Shown here one piece after another: positions 12,426 through 27,335 of a stretch of 64,000 bases of DNA. Below the pieces are notes generated by a model, which was not told the DNA's origin, made no database searches, and saw only the letters and a list, made by a program, of their open reading frames with translations. The position numbers and the translations under genes were made by a program. The DNA is from Haliotis cracherodii (Eukaryota). The DNA lies in assembly GCF_022045235.1 (NCBI RefSeq), contig NW_027266286.1, positions 28,334,001-28,398,000 on the forward strand, read 5' to 3'. Within the stretch, counting starts at the first letter, position 1; every line of letters begins with the position of its first letter.

Positions 12426-12759
12426 ATCGACGGGTAATGATGAATGGACCTGACCAACATTCACTTTTCCTCAAACATGTTTTCACTTTGTTTAACCCAT
12501 CCATTTATACAAGAAATATACACCCTCTAGGATGGGTTCATTGATATAATGCGACAACAATATACAGCTCACTTCAAGAAGCGATATCCTAAAACAAGTA
12601 ACTGTGCAGAAATGGCGAACTCGGTCGATATTCATTATATATACCAACGGGAAAATGTGACTTAAAATACAGTTCAATAAAAATCAATTTATTCTTAAAT
12701 TAAATAATGCAGCTTTCAATACATGTTCATGAATACATCTCTTCTTTTATGCGGTGATT

Positions 12760-13530
12760 CACAATTTATGCACTTTGGATGTTTTCGTGTTTATTGGGAG
12801 CAGCATGTGAACAGAACTGTAAATAACGCTTACACAATGCCAATGCTTGGTGAAAATCAAAGTCTATGCGCCGTTGGTATTCAGCAAACAGGAATGGCGC
12901 AAAACGAAGTTTCAAGACATTATAATGTTCTTCGAGGCACAATTTGGAGACGTAATCTACAGCAGAGCAACATTCATGACTTACCATGGGCAGACCGTAC
13001 CAGTGTGACGTTAGGTAAACAAGACAACCATATTTGGTTGGTACATCTACGGAATCGATACCAAACTGCCACATTTAAAGCAGACCAATTAATGGCATAA
13101 TCGTATGCAACCGCTTGCAGGAGCACAACATCCGGCCCCTATGTCCAGCGATACGCCCAATTTTGCTTCCACGTCACCCTGTAGCACCATAGCTTGGTGA
13201 AGACAGCCTCTCAGGTTCAGACAAAAGACTGGGACAGTCATCTGCTCACAGATGAGTCCAAGTTTCATCTGGACAACTCTGATTGTCGTGCAAGGGTGTA
13301 CAGACGTCCAGATAAACGTTTTACCGACGTATGCGTTACTCAACGTCGTCTGTTTGGGGAGTAAATGAAGTGGTATTGGGTGGCATCACAACTCATGGGA
13401 GAACACGACTCATCATTGCTAATGACGATATGAATGGAATATGCTTTCAGAATAATGTTCTACCCTTTGTGCAAAAGCAGAGACGAAATGTGTTGTGGGG
13501 CAACAGTAACATTGCTATTCTGCCATGGCC
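12760..13530 (+). mobile_element. Degenerate Tc1-type transposase relic
   Basis: HTH-like GMAQNEVSRHYNV, DLPWADRTSVT..QDNHIWLVHLRNRYQTA (DRPRSGRPRVTT-like), TDESKF near 13248, GGITTHGRT and ILPWP; several frameshifts. Confidence 0.75.
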
Positions 13531-13714
13531 AAACGTTTTTAATAAAGATATGCAAATATTTGTGTAATTATGTATGCACTTGGGCAACTAGTGGGATGGG
13601 TGGGTCGGGATTGGTAGGGGAGCACGTCTCCTGTCTTGTTTAATCTGAACTGTTTGGCCGCGCATTGTGCGCTTGGATGTATGCTATGTTACATTTGTAT
13701 CCGGCCTGAGCCGT

Positions 13715-13749
13715 ATAAATAAACTTTGACTTGACTTGACTTGACTTGA
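13715..13749 (+). repeat. AATAAA plus (TTGAC)n, probable LINE 3' tail
   Basis: ATAAATAAACTTTGACTTGACTTGACTTGACTTGA. Confidence 0.55.
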
Positions 13750-14193
13750 GAAGCAGCTTCACGTCAAATATCATGAAAAGATCACTAAAATGTGTGGTTA
13801 TATTTTCTCAAAATGTATTTATTATTTTATCATCATTATTATTTTAGTCACTGACACATTCTCAGGCACTGTTACATTCATTTGTTCAGGATAAAAAAAC
13901 ATATACGACATTCAGTAACTGTCAACAATTCCTTCCAATAAGTTCTTTGTGCTTTCCAACAATTACTGCTTTCTGTGTTCCACACGCGATGAATCGAAAG
14001 AATTTCGACCACGTCCACACTCGAACTATTTTAGTTGCTTAGCTATCGCGTGTATTTTCTACCAGTTTGCACTTTGGTGTTTCGATTCATGAACCGAAAA
14101 TTATAGTCAATCCTGAAATATATAACGGGTTTTTTATATATCAATGCCGACAGCAGCTCATGTTAAGTGCAAAGTTGCATAATATCATTTCGA

Positions 14194-14348
14194 GTGATTA
14201 AGTGAGTTTAGCTTTCAGCAATATCTCAGCCATATCACGCCGGGGGACACCAGAAATGGGCTTCACACATTGTACCCATGTGGGGAATAGAACCCGGGTC
14301 TTCGGTATAACAGGCGAACGCTTTGACCACTAGGCTACCCCCACTGCC
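14194..14348 (-). mobile_element. SINE family 1 copy
   Basis: Same consensus; TSD AATATCATTTCGA. Confidence 0.85.
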
Positions 14349-14590
14349 AAATATCATTTCGAATGAAAAGTAATCTCCTTTGTAAGCAAAACGTGTTCGC
14401 ATTACGCCGTCTATTTTAAAGGTGCGCCGAACATTGAAGACATGTATCTTTAATGGTAAAAATAATACTTCCTTATTATTAATGACTACGTTTTATGTAA
14501 CCTTCTTGGACAATCACCAGGTCGAATGGCCTGACTTCCAAATGCTCTGTATAAGTTGTTGTTTGTGAAACTGGTATTTGTCCATGGCGT

Positions 14591-17500
14591 TTAAATCTGT
14601 AAACGAAAAGGACTTAATCATAATCAACAGCTCGTCAAACAATGTTTATAATTAGCTATATCTGCAGTGGACATACACATGTAGTTCTTATTCTTTCAGT
14701 TTGACACATGCAGCACTATGACACGGCCTACAAATAAAAGTCAGGACCATTCAAACCAGTGGTCAATATTATCAGCAACGTTCCACGATCGACTAAGATG
14801 ATACACAATCAAACAAATCACTGAGCCTGATATGTGCCCGATTTCGTATAGTCGCCTTATAGGCTCCCGGACAAGTATAGGTTACTGGGAACGAATGTGA
14901 ACATGGAATTAAAAGACATGGACATGAACAACTACGTAATGTTGAAAAGAAAAATTAACACATCCTCACCTCATGTTTGTCATCAACTTGTACATAGACC
15001 CAGGTGTACAGTTTTTTATACTCCCTTTGCAAAACATTATAACTGAGTGTATTTAGTCCATCGTTTGTCATGACTTTTTCTGCCTGGTTAAAAAGTTTAA
15101 ATCTGAAAAAGATCAAGTGTAAGATACATGTACTTTATATATGTGTCTTATGACTGAGTTAGTGACAGAGTTTGATCTGTTAGCAATATTCCAGTAATAT
15201 CGCGCAGGCAGCTCAACTGCTCCAGTACAAGCATCATTCTGATTGGCGCATTTTCATGAAATGATCCTGGAAACACAGAATACAATAGCACGTTTATTCC
15301 ACTTCACTTCCAGTTACAGGGGCGGTCGGATAGCCTGGTGGTTAAAGCGTTCGCTCGTAGCGCCGAAGACCCGGGTTCGATTCCCGACATGGGTACAATG
15401 TGTGAAGCCCATTTCTAGTGTCCCCTGTCGTGATATTGCTGGAATATTACTGAAAGCGCGGGACTGAAACCATACTCATTCACTCACTTCCAGTTTCAAT
15501 CAGCAGACTAATTGATAATAATAATCATGCATCCACAATGAGCTCAGCCGTTTGGACCACACCTTTCCTCTTGCACCCTCCCCCCAAAACTTCCTTCGTC
15601 ATGCAATTGCATCACAATACAATAAAATATATATACATTGAACATACACAATACAGAATTAAAATACAAACGAAGCTCGCGCCTCAAGAGAACTAGAAGA
15701 AGTGAATAGCATGCGACACGTATAACATGTAGACTATTTGAAAATATACCGTAATATATGCTTTGTTAAAAATACTAATTGCAAATCTGAGCTCAAAACT
15801 TAATTATTTAGTTACAACATACCAATATTTAATATATTAAGGTTATTCGTTCGATGAAGGGGTAAGCATATACTCCGAAACGTTGTGTTTCTCATTATAA
15901 AGAAGTTGACATCCATAAATTCTCATCCTTATGTGTATCACTTCTAAATGCCTGATACCAATATTTGTTTACTGGTTCCGTGTCACATCATTCCTGGGAT
16001 CAATTAGTATGTAAATGGATACGATACATTAGAAACGTTATACAGTTGAGTAGTAACTGATTCGCGTTTATTCGTAGTTAGTTTAAGATTTGGATGAAAT
16101 AACTTTTTATTTAACACCATAAGCAGCAATAGTCCAGCTTTTATGACGGCGACCTATAAATAAACTAATCCAAGTGGACCTAGCAATACAGGGATTTATA
16201 TGAAGAGCAACGATCAACGTCGTCGTGGTACATAGTTGGCTGGAGACTCGTTCCAACCAGGATTCCACTCAGCTTTACATACATAATTTCCCATTCTGAT
16301 AGAGTGTGAACATCCCAAGTGAGCCCTTCCTTTACAACCTACCGAGATTTGTTCAGTGGATTTGTTGCGTCTCTATTGTGTTTTATCATCCTGTATCGAG
16401 CAACGGTTGCTGCGGGGCGAGACATTACCAAACCACCTTTTTTAATTCTGGAAAAAGAAATCAAGTGAACGACATAATGAGAACACTGCAAGAATCTTAT
16501 TGACGATTCGTAAGTCTCCATATCAGTGTTAACTTTAATCCGATCATCTATGCTGTTTGCAATCCCTGCATGATGATTTGATGCGGAAATATGCGGCAAT
16601 CCAATGTAGACTTCAATAAATCATCTGTTTCAGTATTGAGGCCTCAGTCCCAGGTTCAATCAATACAATGAAGGTGCAACAGCAAATATTTACAATTGTA
16701 AAGATCGGAGATTGACTGCATCTTTAATGTAATTTACGAAATGTTTTAGATTGATAACATCGGAGAATTGCAGCAGTGTTATAAAACTATCGCTTCGATT
16801 AGCATAAGTATGGTCATTGAAAAATGGGAAATATTTAGAACGAATATTTACATATGCGAAACATATCAATACAAAATGAATTTTCTTTTCAAGTACATGT
16901 AAGTTCCAAAATGGACAAAACCAATGTGTCTTATCGATGCCCATTCTCCACCCTATATTATGCACAATTTCAAGTTCACTAATCCTAAATAAGGATGCAT
17001 AGGTCCAGGCCGTCTACAAGGGTGGCTTAACTTCGGTTAACCTGAAGTTGTCAGATGACCTTTTCTCTCTGGCCTCTTTCAAAGTTAATGGTAGAATTTT
17101 GATATCCATTTTTATACATAAAACCTATATGTACATAGCCTGCAAGTTGACTTTCATATAATGTATATTGTAAGCATGCACAAAACCTACAGTTTGACAG
17201 TTACGATAAATGAAACACCCATGCAATGTGCGCCTTAGTATATTTCTATGATAATAGGGACTTATTCAACTTCATAACGTTCCCGAGACAAGAGGAACAC
17301 CTGTGAATATGATAAGGTTTTATCTGTCTGATTCAAAACGTTTCAAAGAGAATAGAACAACGCACACAACGTCCACCATCAAACTCTAATTCTAGCTGCA
17401 GTTACTCTTTGCGTTGACAGGAAGTATTGTCTTTGATGGAACGTTTTTAACAAGAAACCAAGTGCCTAAAAGAATATTGTTCCTCCGGGTATATCTGTGA

Positions 17501-20500
17501 GTTACTATTTTTCACTCTTGTTAAAGGAGTGCATCAGAGAAGTCTTAGGGAACTAGAAATAATCAAATATAAAAATGTATATTTGACAGGCAAGCACAGT
17601 GCATGAATGTTTAGTGCCTTGATATGTGCATATAGGAGTCAAGAATTTACACGCTATAACCCGACAACCTAGACACTGCTACTCAGTATCACGAGCCAAG
17701 CCAGCTCTTACCCCAAACAGGGTGTGTTGGGGACCCAATCTGTCTACGATTTCGCGTATGACTAAAAAAGGTCATTTTTGGCTTGGACGTGATATTAAAA
17801 ATAATATACAACGAAGGGATTCCAAATTGGATTAGTATGCCTAATATGCATGCACATCTATGGGAATCTAACGAAACATTGGTGTTGAAATTATACCACA
17901 ATCTTACCTTTTCAACATGTCATCATCTTCCTTGCCCCAGCCAAAGTATCTATTAGGGAAGCCATTGACTTTATTCATGTGTTCTTTGGTTAGAGCAGTC
18001 ACCCCTCCAAATGCGTTTTCATAATTAAGTCTGTGTTAAAAAGAATATTGTAATTAAATACATACTAGTTCTATAGTACATCTTGACAATTCAAATGTGC
18101 TCAGATGTTTCGTTATAAGTGTATAATATATGTTCGAGGGAGTGCTTTGCAAGATAAGTGTATGATATATGTTCGAGGTAGTGCTTTGCAAGATAACCGT
18201 ACGTTTGTTTCATTGCAGGATAGCCTCGCACTCAGCAATATTCTGGCTGTTTCGACTCTGGACAAAGCAGTCTGTTACTGTTCAAGACATGTATGTCTAC
18301 GTATAAGCAATAGAAACGACAAAACCCTTTCCATACTCAATGGAAAAGTTTAGCCATCGATTCCAGATCGGAATCCCTCAGCAACATAGGTTTGTCGTCC
18401 TACTGATAAGTTATAATAGCAATACCAAACACGGGTTTACCTTGAATACTGCTGAGTGCATTGTTCAAAAACAAACTATCATACAAAATACCATGTTTAA
18501 CAATTCATTTTCATTGCATCCTGGTAAGTAATACATCCACCAGCAAGTAATGACGAATTGGACTCCTATTTGAATGTATAGTGAAAAGCATTAACTTTGC
18601 AAGGCGTTAGAGAATAACAGCATGCAGTTGCAATCTGATACCATTCGGATCGAGAAATACATGCATACGGCATCCATCTTCCCGAGGCAAGAGAGTTAAC
18701 TGACTTTAAAAGTCCAGTTTCCGCACTTGCCAAACTAGGCTGGTATTATGGAGTTACATTTTGGCTGGGCTAACGAGTCTATGCATAGTCCAATCAAAAT
18801 CGCGCACCGAATTCGAAATCCGGTTCGTAAACTGTCGTGCAGATTTCGGTCGATCGCAGGATTTGCAAAGCATGTGCACCGCCAACTCATTGTCAGCAGA
18901 CATTTTCCAAATCTTTTCATGTTTTTAATCAAGGTGATCACGTGATTTGATGCATTTCGCAATGTAAGACCCGTTTTATCACAATATAGTACTTGATTAT
19001 CGATCCAATTGTCCTGACTGGGCGCCACCATTTTGTGTGAAGCAAACACAAGTGACACGTGAAGGGGAATCTGATTGGTCCATAGGAGAGGTTTAGAAGG
19101 TACATAACTGGTAATAGCCACTGGTGGCGCTACGATCGAGCCCAGTAATTCCAGCCTATTTCGGCAAAGGTGGAAACTGGACTTTTAAAGTCAGTTAACT
19201 CTCTTGCCTCGGGAAGATGACGGCATCCTGAAACCAGTTTAAGTACCATGCTTCATGCTAACATAAAGGGGAATCTAAATGCACTTCCGGTCAAATGACA
19301 AAACTTGCAGCCTGAGGAAACCCGTGAACAAAACCTTGAAAGTCACAGTCCTCTCGCTATTCGTGTACATTAGCGTTTCAAACTAGAACGCCATATGCCT
19401 CTCTACTTCATGAGCAAGAAGTTGTATGCACTTCATGATTGGGACAAAAACAAACATCTCATGGACGATTTAAACTGTATCACATTTCTCTGACTAGCTT
19501 CATAAGAAAGTTGTATTCAGTTCTTTAATTTCTTTCAAAGAGGACGTCCTATGCCCCGAGCAGTGTTACATATACACTACGGGTTTAATGACATACTTGA
19601 TTATTTCTAGTTGGTTACATGGGTGCACCAACACACTTTACACCACCATTAGCTATTGGTTCAGATCACATAGAGGCGTAACTTCTTTCAAATGACCATT
19701 CCAGCGACCTTGACCTTGACTTTCACCCACCTTACCACTTCAACCCAAATATGATAATCTTCCAAATTTCATGACAATCACGTGGCCTTCAACCACCCAA
19801 AAAGCAATAAAATACTTACTTATAATGAAACTTGTCAATGGAAACTGACAAATGAAGTGGATTCTCAGGACATGTATACAGGTTTTTGTCATTCTCTGGA
19901 ATGAGATCCACATCGTGGAAGATAAAGCACTGAAAACCATAGTCCTTCAGTGCTTCTTTGTATCCAATGTTCATTAACATGGCTCTGTTGAAAATGGTTG
20001 GTAAAGCCTGTAATGTCCAAAATGTTCCAACATCATCATTCTAAATGTTATTTCTTTGAAACCACCAGATGTCACTTTATATTATAAGATGTCTTTAATT
20101 ATCAAGTTACATGTACAATGAGCCCAAGGTCATCCAAACAAGATTCCCGGATTATTCATTCGATTCCTGGTTACAGAGCCTCTGAGTGTGGTATCACTCC
20201 AATGTGGTGTCATTGTATGTCACAGAAACAGTGTGGATAAGTTCCTCATACCAGCAAACGCTAAATAGGCCAAACTGGGCTTTGTAAATATTAAGGTCAA
20301 TGAAAGAGATCCAGATTTTCAAGGTAAACTGATGTTTTTTCAAAGCCTCTACCCGTTCACCGACAATAACAACCACGTGTTTTTCAAACAATAATGTCGG
20401 TCCACTTGATTCGAGAAAACGTACTGGCTTATATTTTGAAATGCATACCTTTTGGGGGGTATTTGGAAATATTCTTTCCACCAAGGTTACAAGTGGTAAT

Positions 20501-23196
20501 ACAACATCAGCCTAAAGGTTCCATATACCTTTTCGGTATCTACAGTGAAAAACAGATACACATGTGCAATGTTTGTAATACACGTTTCACCTGTTCCACA
20601 ACGTAGATGCCGTAATCTAGTTGCTGTCGTTGCAACATGGGATGAAGGTTGTTGAGGAGAACCTTGAGATGGGACTCTCGGTCGCGATAGGGTACAATGA
20701 TGGCCACTCGGTGACGGGACGTACAACCAACAGGGTTGAAACGACCACCGGGTTTTAGTTCTGTGTAGCGCCTTTCAAGTTCCTGAAACGGCAAAGCTTC
20801 CATCCGTGCAGTAATATTCCCTACTGAAACAACATGAACATGATTCCATTCCTGATCGAAAACAGGGACAAGAAACATTGATAACATACATTAAATATAT
20901 ATTAATTACACGTTGTAACTATATTTACATGAACTGAGTCGAGGTTAGGGCGTCATGTGCATTGTATGACAGACAAGAAATCAACACAATGATTAAATTA
21001 TTAATCCAGTTATTTTATAAATAAAACTAAATATATAGAAAATATAACTTTAATTTCTCATTGTTGGAAGGCGTTTAATAATAGTTTTTGTTTGATTGTT
21101 TGTTGTTAAATGCCGCACTCAGCAATATTCCAGCTATATGAGGGCGGTCTGTAAATAACCGAGTCAGGATGTCAGTTTAACGTGAGAGCAGGATTGCTCT
21201 TAGACGTTTTCTTGACCCCGCGAGCATAAGTAAGGTGGTGCCAATCAAGGGTCATTGTCAGTCGAATCTGGGAATCGAACGAACAATCATCGGAACTGTG
21301 CCTTGGATTCCTGGGAAAATACCCCACAATAGAAGTAACAAGGTAATGACTAGGTTGACTCTTAAACGAACGTGATGCCTCATTGACTGGGTCCTTACGC
21401 ACATTCCAGGAAAATTTGCAATATTTCAGAACCGTTTGTGACGATATGATTGAAGAAAAACATTATATGATAAAGAGGCTATAACTCTTGCTAGCTGTTG
21501 GGTGGTAAAAATCATGTATTAGGAACAAACACAATATGTAAATTTTGCTCACCAAGGTTCGCTAATGACAATAGTTATTCATATTACATGATATATTCTT
21601 GCCATCAGAAAACTCGCGTGATAACCTCCATACATTATGGGTAATATTTATTGGGACCCATGTGGAACCCAGTTGGCAAAACCCCTGACAAGCTGTTCAC
21701 CTGTCCCACTCTAAACCCAAAGTCGGGTCCATCTGTTCATGCTGGCGGGGATCTTGTAACCCATTTACGTTTTCGTCATTCTACAGGGCAGTTTTTCTAT
21801 CTCTCTTATGTAACTTCCTTACAGCACGCTCACTCACTTCTCAGCCGCTTTATTGTTCACTCGGGTGTGACTGCTTGGTCAGTCAACTTCTATTGTCTTT
21901 TTTCTTCGATGAACAAGATTCAACATTCAATCATTTTCTTGTATATCTGTTAAATTTCTTACCAAACGTGCTGGACGTAATTGTATATAAGGAAAGACTT
22001 TCTTTATATTCGCATGGGGTATTTGAGCCAAGTGACATTTCTACCGTGTGAATTTTTCAATAGCGCATAGGATATGCTTCTTTATTTTGCAATCTAAGAA
22101 AACAACCAAGTTCAGTTATGTCAAAACATGTGATGTTCAACTATGTACACCACTATACCACGCGACATTTTTTAGAAAAAAATGAATTCCTTGATCCATA
22201 ACATTAATTACTAAAGGTAATGCAATGTTCTCGCGTTTCACATGTTTCGACCTACGACCGACGTTTAATGCTTACACTAGAGGAAATCCCCACCACCACT
22301 TGGGAAGGATCTTTGGCAACTATTTGCGTTTACACGAGGAAGTAACCCACTACCCAAATTGGGTAAGATGTATGTTTCAACCTGTGGTACTACGATATGT
22401 ATGCTTGTACATGCCGCAAATTTCACATTTGTAACGGAGACGGAGAAAAGTTATCATACCTCCCATGTCTGAATGATGAGATCTTATTGGTCCACGTGAT
22501 CTTGATAAAATACTGTGTATCCCGTCTTGGAGGGGAATATATTTCTCAGTGGAAGAATAAATGCCTTATACCCCGCCACGAGCAAGTCAGGATGCCCGTG
22601 GATTTCTGAGAGGCAGAATAAATATTTTATACCACGCTTCAAAGCAAAGAGTCCACGCTTTTTCCTAGTCAATGGAAGTCACATGAAAGAGCGCAAGGTA
22701 ACCTCAGCTGTTTTCTATACATTTTGACTTTGTTTGAATTATTTTACAATGTCATATTAAAACATGTCGGTGAGATAAATCTGTTGTAGCAGGATAACTC
22801 GGGGTACATGGGGTGTTATGCGTCCCACAAATCGGAGGCGTGTGGTATTAAACCGAACAAGGGACGCATAAAACCCCATGTACCCCTCGTGATCCTGCTT
22901 TTATTGTCCTGAACATTTGTCCCCTTACCAAGGTTTGGCGATATCGAAGGGCACGAATTTGGAAGAGTCTTATAAGTGTCGGTTGAAGTTTTCATACTTG
23001 TTGCACTTTTCGAAATATTGCTCCACTGACGTACATGTAGCAAAGGCTGGTTGAGATCTTCAAACTTCCCCGAGTGAAATGGTTTAGTCAGGAAACCATG
23101 TGAAAAGTTGCCAACTGTCCGCTCCAAATATATGTTGCAAATAAAGATCAAGGTGACGCACAACCCCACCAGTAGTAAAGCGTTGTACTTGATCAT
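14591..23196 (-). CDS. GT7 beta-1,4-glycosyltransferase (B4GALT/bre-4-like), paralogue 2, about 351 aa
   Basis: Exons 23196-22929, 20823-20591, 20007-19820, 18030-17908, 16447-16343, 15102-14970, 14596-14591. Read-through alternative stops at 14955. Same internal exon sizes and phases as paralogue 1. Motifs PYRDR, FNRA, FHDVD, AFGGV, FGWGKEDDD, YRMIKH. Probable 5' UTR exon donor near 25316. Confidence 0.92.
15319..15483 (+). mobile_element. SINE family 1 copy
   Basis: A and B boxes, tail; TSD-like TCACTTCCAGTT on both sides. Confidence 0.85.
15852..15915 (+). repeat. Second, core-mutated copy of the hammerhead-containing repeat
   Basis: TCGATGAAGGGGTAAGCATATACTCCGAAACGTTGTG...GAAGTTGACAT matches 29224-29285, but CUGAUGA is altered to UCGAUGA. 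Confidence 0.6.
18675..19219. mobile_element. MITE, 545 bp, 48-bp perfect TIRs, 8-bp TSD (hAT- or P-like)
   Basis: TIR CATCTTCCCGAGGCAAGAGAGTTAACTGACTTTAAAAGTCCAGTTTCC at both ends; TSD ACGGCATC at 18667-18674 and 19220-19227. Lies in an intron of paralogue 2. Confidence 0.9.
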
Positions 23197-23719
23197 GATG
23201 GAGATGGTGAAACTGGAACTTCAGTCCCGATCGTTGATATCCTCCAGAGACGTCTGGTCTTGATGACGTATCTGTAAAGCAATATAAGAACAAAGGATGA
23301 TTCTGTTACAAAGTCAGTCAAGACTGGTTGTCTATGAAAAGGTCTTACGGTGAATGTAGTCAATCATGATTAAAACGTTGGTAAAACTCATTTGGTACTG
23401 CTGCCAGTCGATTTACAAGTAAGACATCTTGTAACAACGGATAATGACAAACTCAACTGTGAAGAAAGTGTTGATCCATGTCAGTTGGGTTTGTGTCAAG
23501 TTTCATGTTGGCTTTGTTTCCAAGGTGAAAAGTGAGTGAGTGTTGGTATGCGCTGAAGTCAGTTATATTACAGCAATACCACAGAAACATGTAAATAATT
23601 AAGCCTGAGGTAGGCACATCAGTGGTTTATATAAAAAGCATTGATCGAAACTGTAACGAGCCAATACTTGAGCCGAATAAATTGGGCCCGTCTGAGAACC
23701 TTTTAAGACCTTGTAGTGT

Positions 23720-23938
23720 TGGAACTCACCAATATTCCATCTATATGACGACGATGTGTAAATGCTCGAGTCTGGACCAGATAATCCGCTGATTGACATC
23801 ATGAGCATTGATCTACGCAATTGGGAAACGATGACATACATCAACCAAGTCACCGAGCCTGATCACCCGATCCCGTTAGTCGCCTTCACAGCAAGCATGG
23901 GTTGCTGAAAACCTGTTCTTACCCGGACCTTCACGGGT
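23720..23938 (-). mobile_element. SINE-like family 2 copy
   Basis: Reverse-complement consensus; starts ACCCGTGAAGGTCCGGG. Confidence 0.85.
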
Positions 23939-26708
23939 GTGTGGCTGTATACAGTTAAGGAAGGTATGTATTTTTATTGATGTTAATGTTATGTTGTCTG
24001 ATTGGGCACCATACATTAGTAGCAAGTGCTAGTGTTTTATGATAATGTGGATGCCACTTCGAACTGTCTCAAATAAATGAAGTAGTCGGAGGGGATACTT
24101 CATAGAGATCTTTGTTAATTCTTGTTATCCGTTTTGTAAATGAGATACGAATTTGAATGTTTGAACTTTGAACTTTTTAAAATTTAACAGATATAAATAG
24201 ATTACTCAAGCAGTCCCCGTTAGATGCCATTTTTTTCATTACGTAATCTTATTTGTAATAAAAACAATATTTAACGGTTTGAATATCATCATTTCTTCAT
24301 TACTCAATACACTTTGCACATTATGGAAATTCAACGTTGAAAAACATCGTTGGTTTAAGGGGGCGTTTGAATACAACTTTCAGATTTGATGATTCGCACA
24401 GTCTGTTGAGTCAGGTGAAAACTGGCAATGAAGTGCGCAGCTTTCTTTTCAAGATTAATCATTTTAAAAAGCGATACATTGCAGATTCTAAAATCGTGTT
24501 CATAATATTATTTTTAGAAACGTCCGCAGTTAAAACATTTGTATTTTAGTTTTTGAGGGGAGCTCGAGACGATAGACTCATCGAAACATGTCATGTTTGC
24601 TATGTTTTATCATACGAGTCAGCAGATGAAATTAGTTGTAATTACCAAGGACCAAGGTTTCACAGCACTAAACTGCAATGGTTGACATGAGGACGACATT
24701 TCTGATGACTGTCCTCTTTGTCCAAGGGGTTCTACTCTCATGACGTTCAAGGTCGCACGTAGACGTATCGATGAAGGTTATGATAATCTTTCAACATAAT
24801 ACTTAGTTTATTAGTAATGTATGGGCCTTATGAAATCCACGATGCTTGCACTCCTACAATACAAAAGTGATAGCCGGAAACTCCATTTGTTTGATAGATC
24901 ATCTGTATTCTGCGACAGATCACAGGCAACTTATAAAAACACACGTACTTGCCATTTTCAAGTGAAAGATGTCACTAAATATGTATGTATGCGTAGTGTG
25001 TCAATGCATCACTTGTGTTTTGTGAAAAATAGTTGTGTCCATCGGGAGTAGAGTAGACGTTGCAGAGTACAATTGCACAGTGCTACCGACATTGCCATTC
25101 AAATGGCGGGACAGTTTTTAATTATAAGTTGACGCACCGGTGACAAAAATGATGTCAGATGCAATTCCCTTTGCGTTATTTTACCGTGTTCTTTTAAGTG
25201 AAAAATTGGCTTGCCTTTGCATGTTTTTGTGACAGTTGCCACCTTCGTCCTCTAAAATATAGTGGTGCGTGAAATAATGAAATTCACTATGAACAAAATA
25301 AAAAATATAAACTTACCTTTAATGCTCGCTTCACGTGTGCCCTTGAGGATGTAAACAGCGACACAGTGATGTCATGGCTAAAATATCCTTTGGATACACA
25401 TTTGTGTTGACATCGTGCTCTTCCCACTCACAGAGACTCTACCGCACACTATTTGTACACCGTTTTGGTGAAGAAATCGACAACACAAATGTTTTAATAT
25501 AGCACGCCATGAAGCCACACCGTGGCTCTGTAAGGTTTTATATAAAAGCTAGAACAATCAATGAACGGAATATTAGTTAGAAATCAATGGTTTCAGAATT
25601 CTGTATCCATGGTGTATTAAAGAAATATGAGCTTCAGTGGCTCGCTTAATTGGAAGTGTGTTGTTAATATTTCCAAAGATCAACCAACATATATCGATTT
25701 TAAATGGTTCCAAAACAATGCGTAAGGAACTAACATTTAGCAAACGTTTTGTTAATATCGACATTTGAGCATGCCAGTGTGACGTAAGGTCATACTTTAC
25801 AGCTTTTTTTTACTGGTGATTTAACTCGAAACATATTTTGTACACAAATGAACGTGACAATTAATTATTGGAATATGTTGTGCATCAAAACCAGAATGGG
25901 CGACATATATCAATACCGACACAAAATATGGAAACTGTTGAAATGACTGTCTTGTGGCGATAAATGGCTGGAAAATCAATTTCGGGCGTGTAGATCAATA
26001 GCTGGTGTGTCCACCGTGTTGGGCGATACATTTCATTTTGATTAGATGTTGCGTTCACATGCAACGCCACGGTGTTGAAAATGTACACAATGTACTTTCA
26101 ATCAGTTGTTCCCTTATTTTATGCCGGTAGGAAATATATGTCGACACTTCGTATCCAAACAGGGGGTCCCGGGATGGGTTTGGTTCGACACAAGTTGGCT
26201 CAGGCGCCAGAATTCATTTGCAGTGTTGCGTGTCTTATGCCGTGATTTTATGGTCGTTGTTTCGAATGAATCTTGCCATTTATTTCGCCCTCATCTTTAT
26301 CCTTGGTTTGTAAGCACATTTCCCGTGCTGATGGGTTTCTCTTGAGCTTTGGACTCTTCGTCACTACTATACTCCCACATTGTGCTGACACACTGTCAGC
26401 TGTTGCTTCGACTTTTCAATCGGTTTTCTGTAAAACACGATCTTGTGTCATGTAGTATTCTATCAAGTTAGTTCAATATAACTCAGGGGTATCGAATGAA
26501 CCTTCTATACAATCTGTTACGCCTTCACAAATCAACAAGGGTAGATATTTGACTGCTAATAAATAACAAGCCGTATTGAAGTAGCACATGTAATGCTTTG
26601 TTTGAAGTATTTTAAGCTGTCCGTTTAAACTTTAATACGCAAAAGCATGATCTGAGGACAAGCCTTAAAGCCGTATTAAACGTAAAAAATGACTGATAAT
26701 GTATGAGT

Positions 26709-26960
26709 CGTCTAAGGCGCCGCGATTGGCTGTGCAGAGTTGCGTCCCCTGGACACGCCAGAAACCTATGATTGTGGGTTCGAATCCCGGTTCACCCCGA
26801 TTATGTTTCTAGGTTTGTCAGCACCATACCCGTGCTCGTGGGTTTCACCGAAGTGGTAAACGTTTGAGACCTGCATCACTTCGGGCTTTCCTCCCACATT
26901 AAGCTGACACGCCGTGATATAACTGGAATAATGTTAAAAGCGGCGTAAAACCCAACTCAC
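26709..26960 (+). mobile_element. SINE family 3 copy, 5'-clipped
   Basis: 19-bp TSD TGACTGATAATGTATGAGT. Confidence 0.88.
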
Positions 26961-27121
26961 TGACTGATAATGTATGAGTTTAAAGATCAAAGAACAAAGG
27001 CCACATAAGGATCAACATTGAGCATATTGAAATACATCTCTGCTGAAGGCCACTTATATCATACACCGACACCATACCTTAGTTCACAATTTTCGCTATC
27101 ACGTTTCCTTCATGTGCCTGA

Positions 27122-27283
27122 GGGGCAGTCGGGTAGCCTAGTGGTTAAAGCGTTCGCTCGTCACGTCGAAGACCCAAGTTCGATTCCCGACATGGGTACA
27201 CTGTGCGAAGCCCATTTCTGGTCTCCCCCTCCGTGGTATTGCTGGAATATTGCTAAAAGCGGCGTAAAACCATACTCACTCAC
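27122..27283 (+). mobile_element. SINE family 1 copy
   Basis: A and B boxes, tail; TSD TCATGTGCCTGA. Confidence 0.9.
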
Positions 27284-27335
27284 TCATGTGCCTGAATTTA
27301 AACTGATTTCGCCTGATATGTCTTACTAGACACAA

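Noticed and set aside
15319-15400. tRNA genes at A/B-box sequences (also 27122, 56565, 61257, 63560-63720)
   Set aside because: No complete cloverleaf. Most continue into a SINE body and tail, several with TSDs; the stretch near 63665 looks like a degenerate head.
18735-19121. 128-aa ORF inside the MITE as a transposase
   Set aside because: No transposase motifs, and the element is too short.
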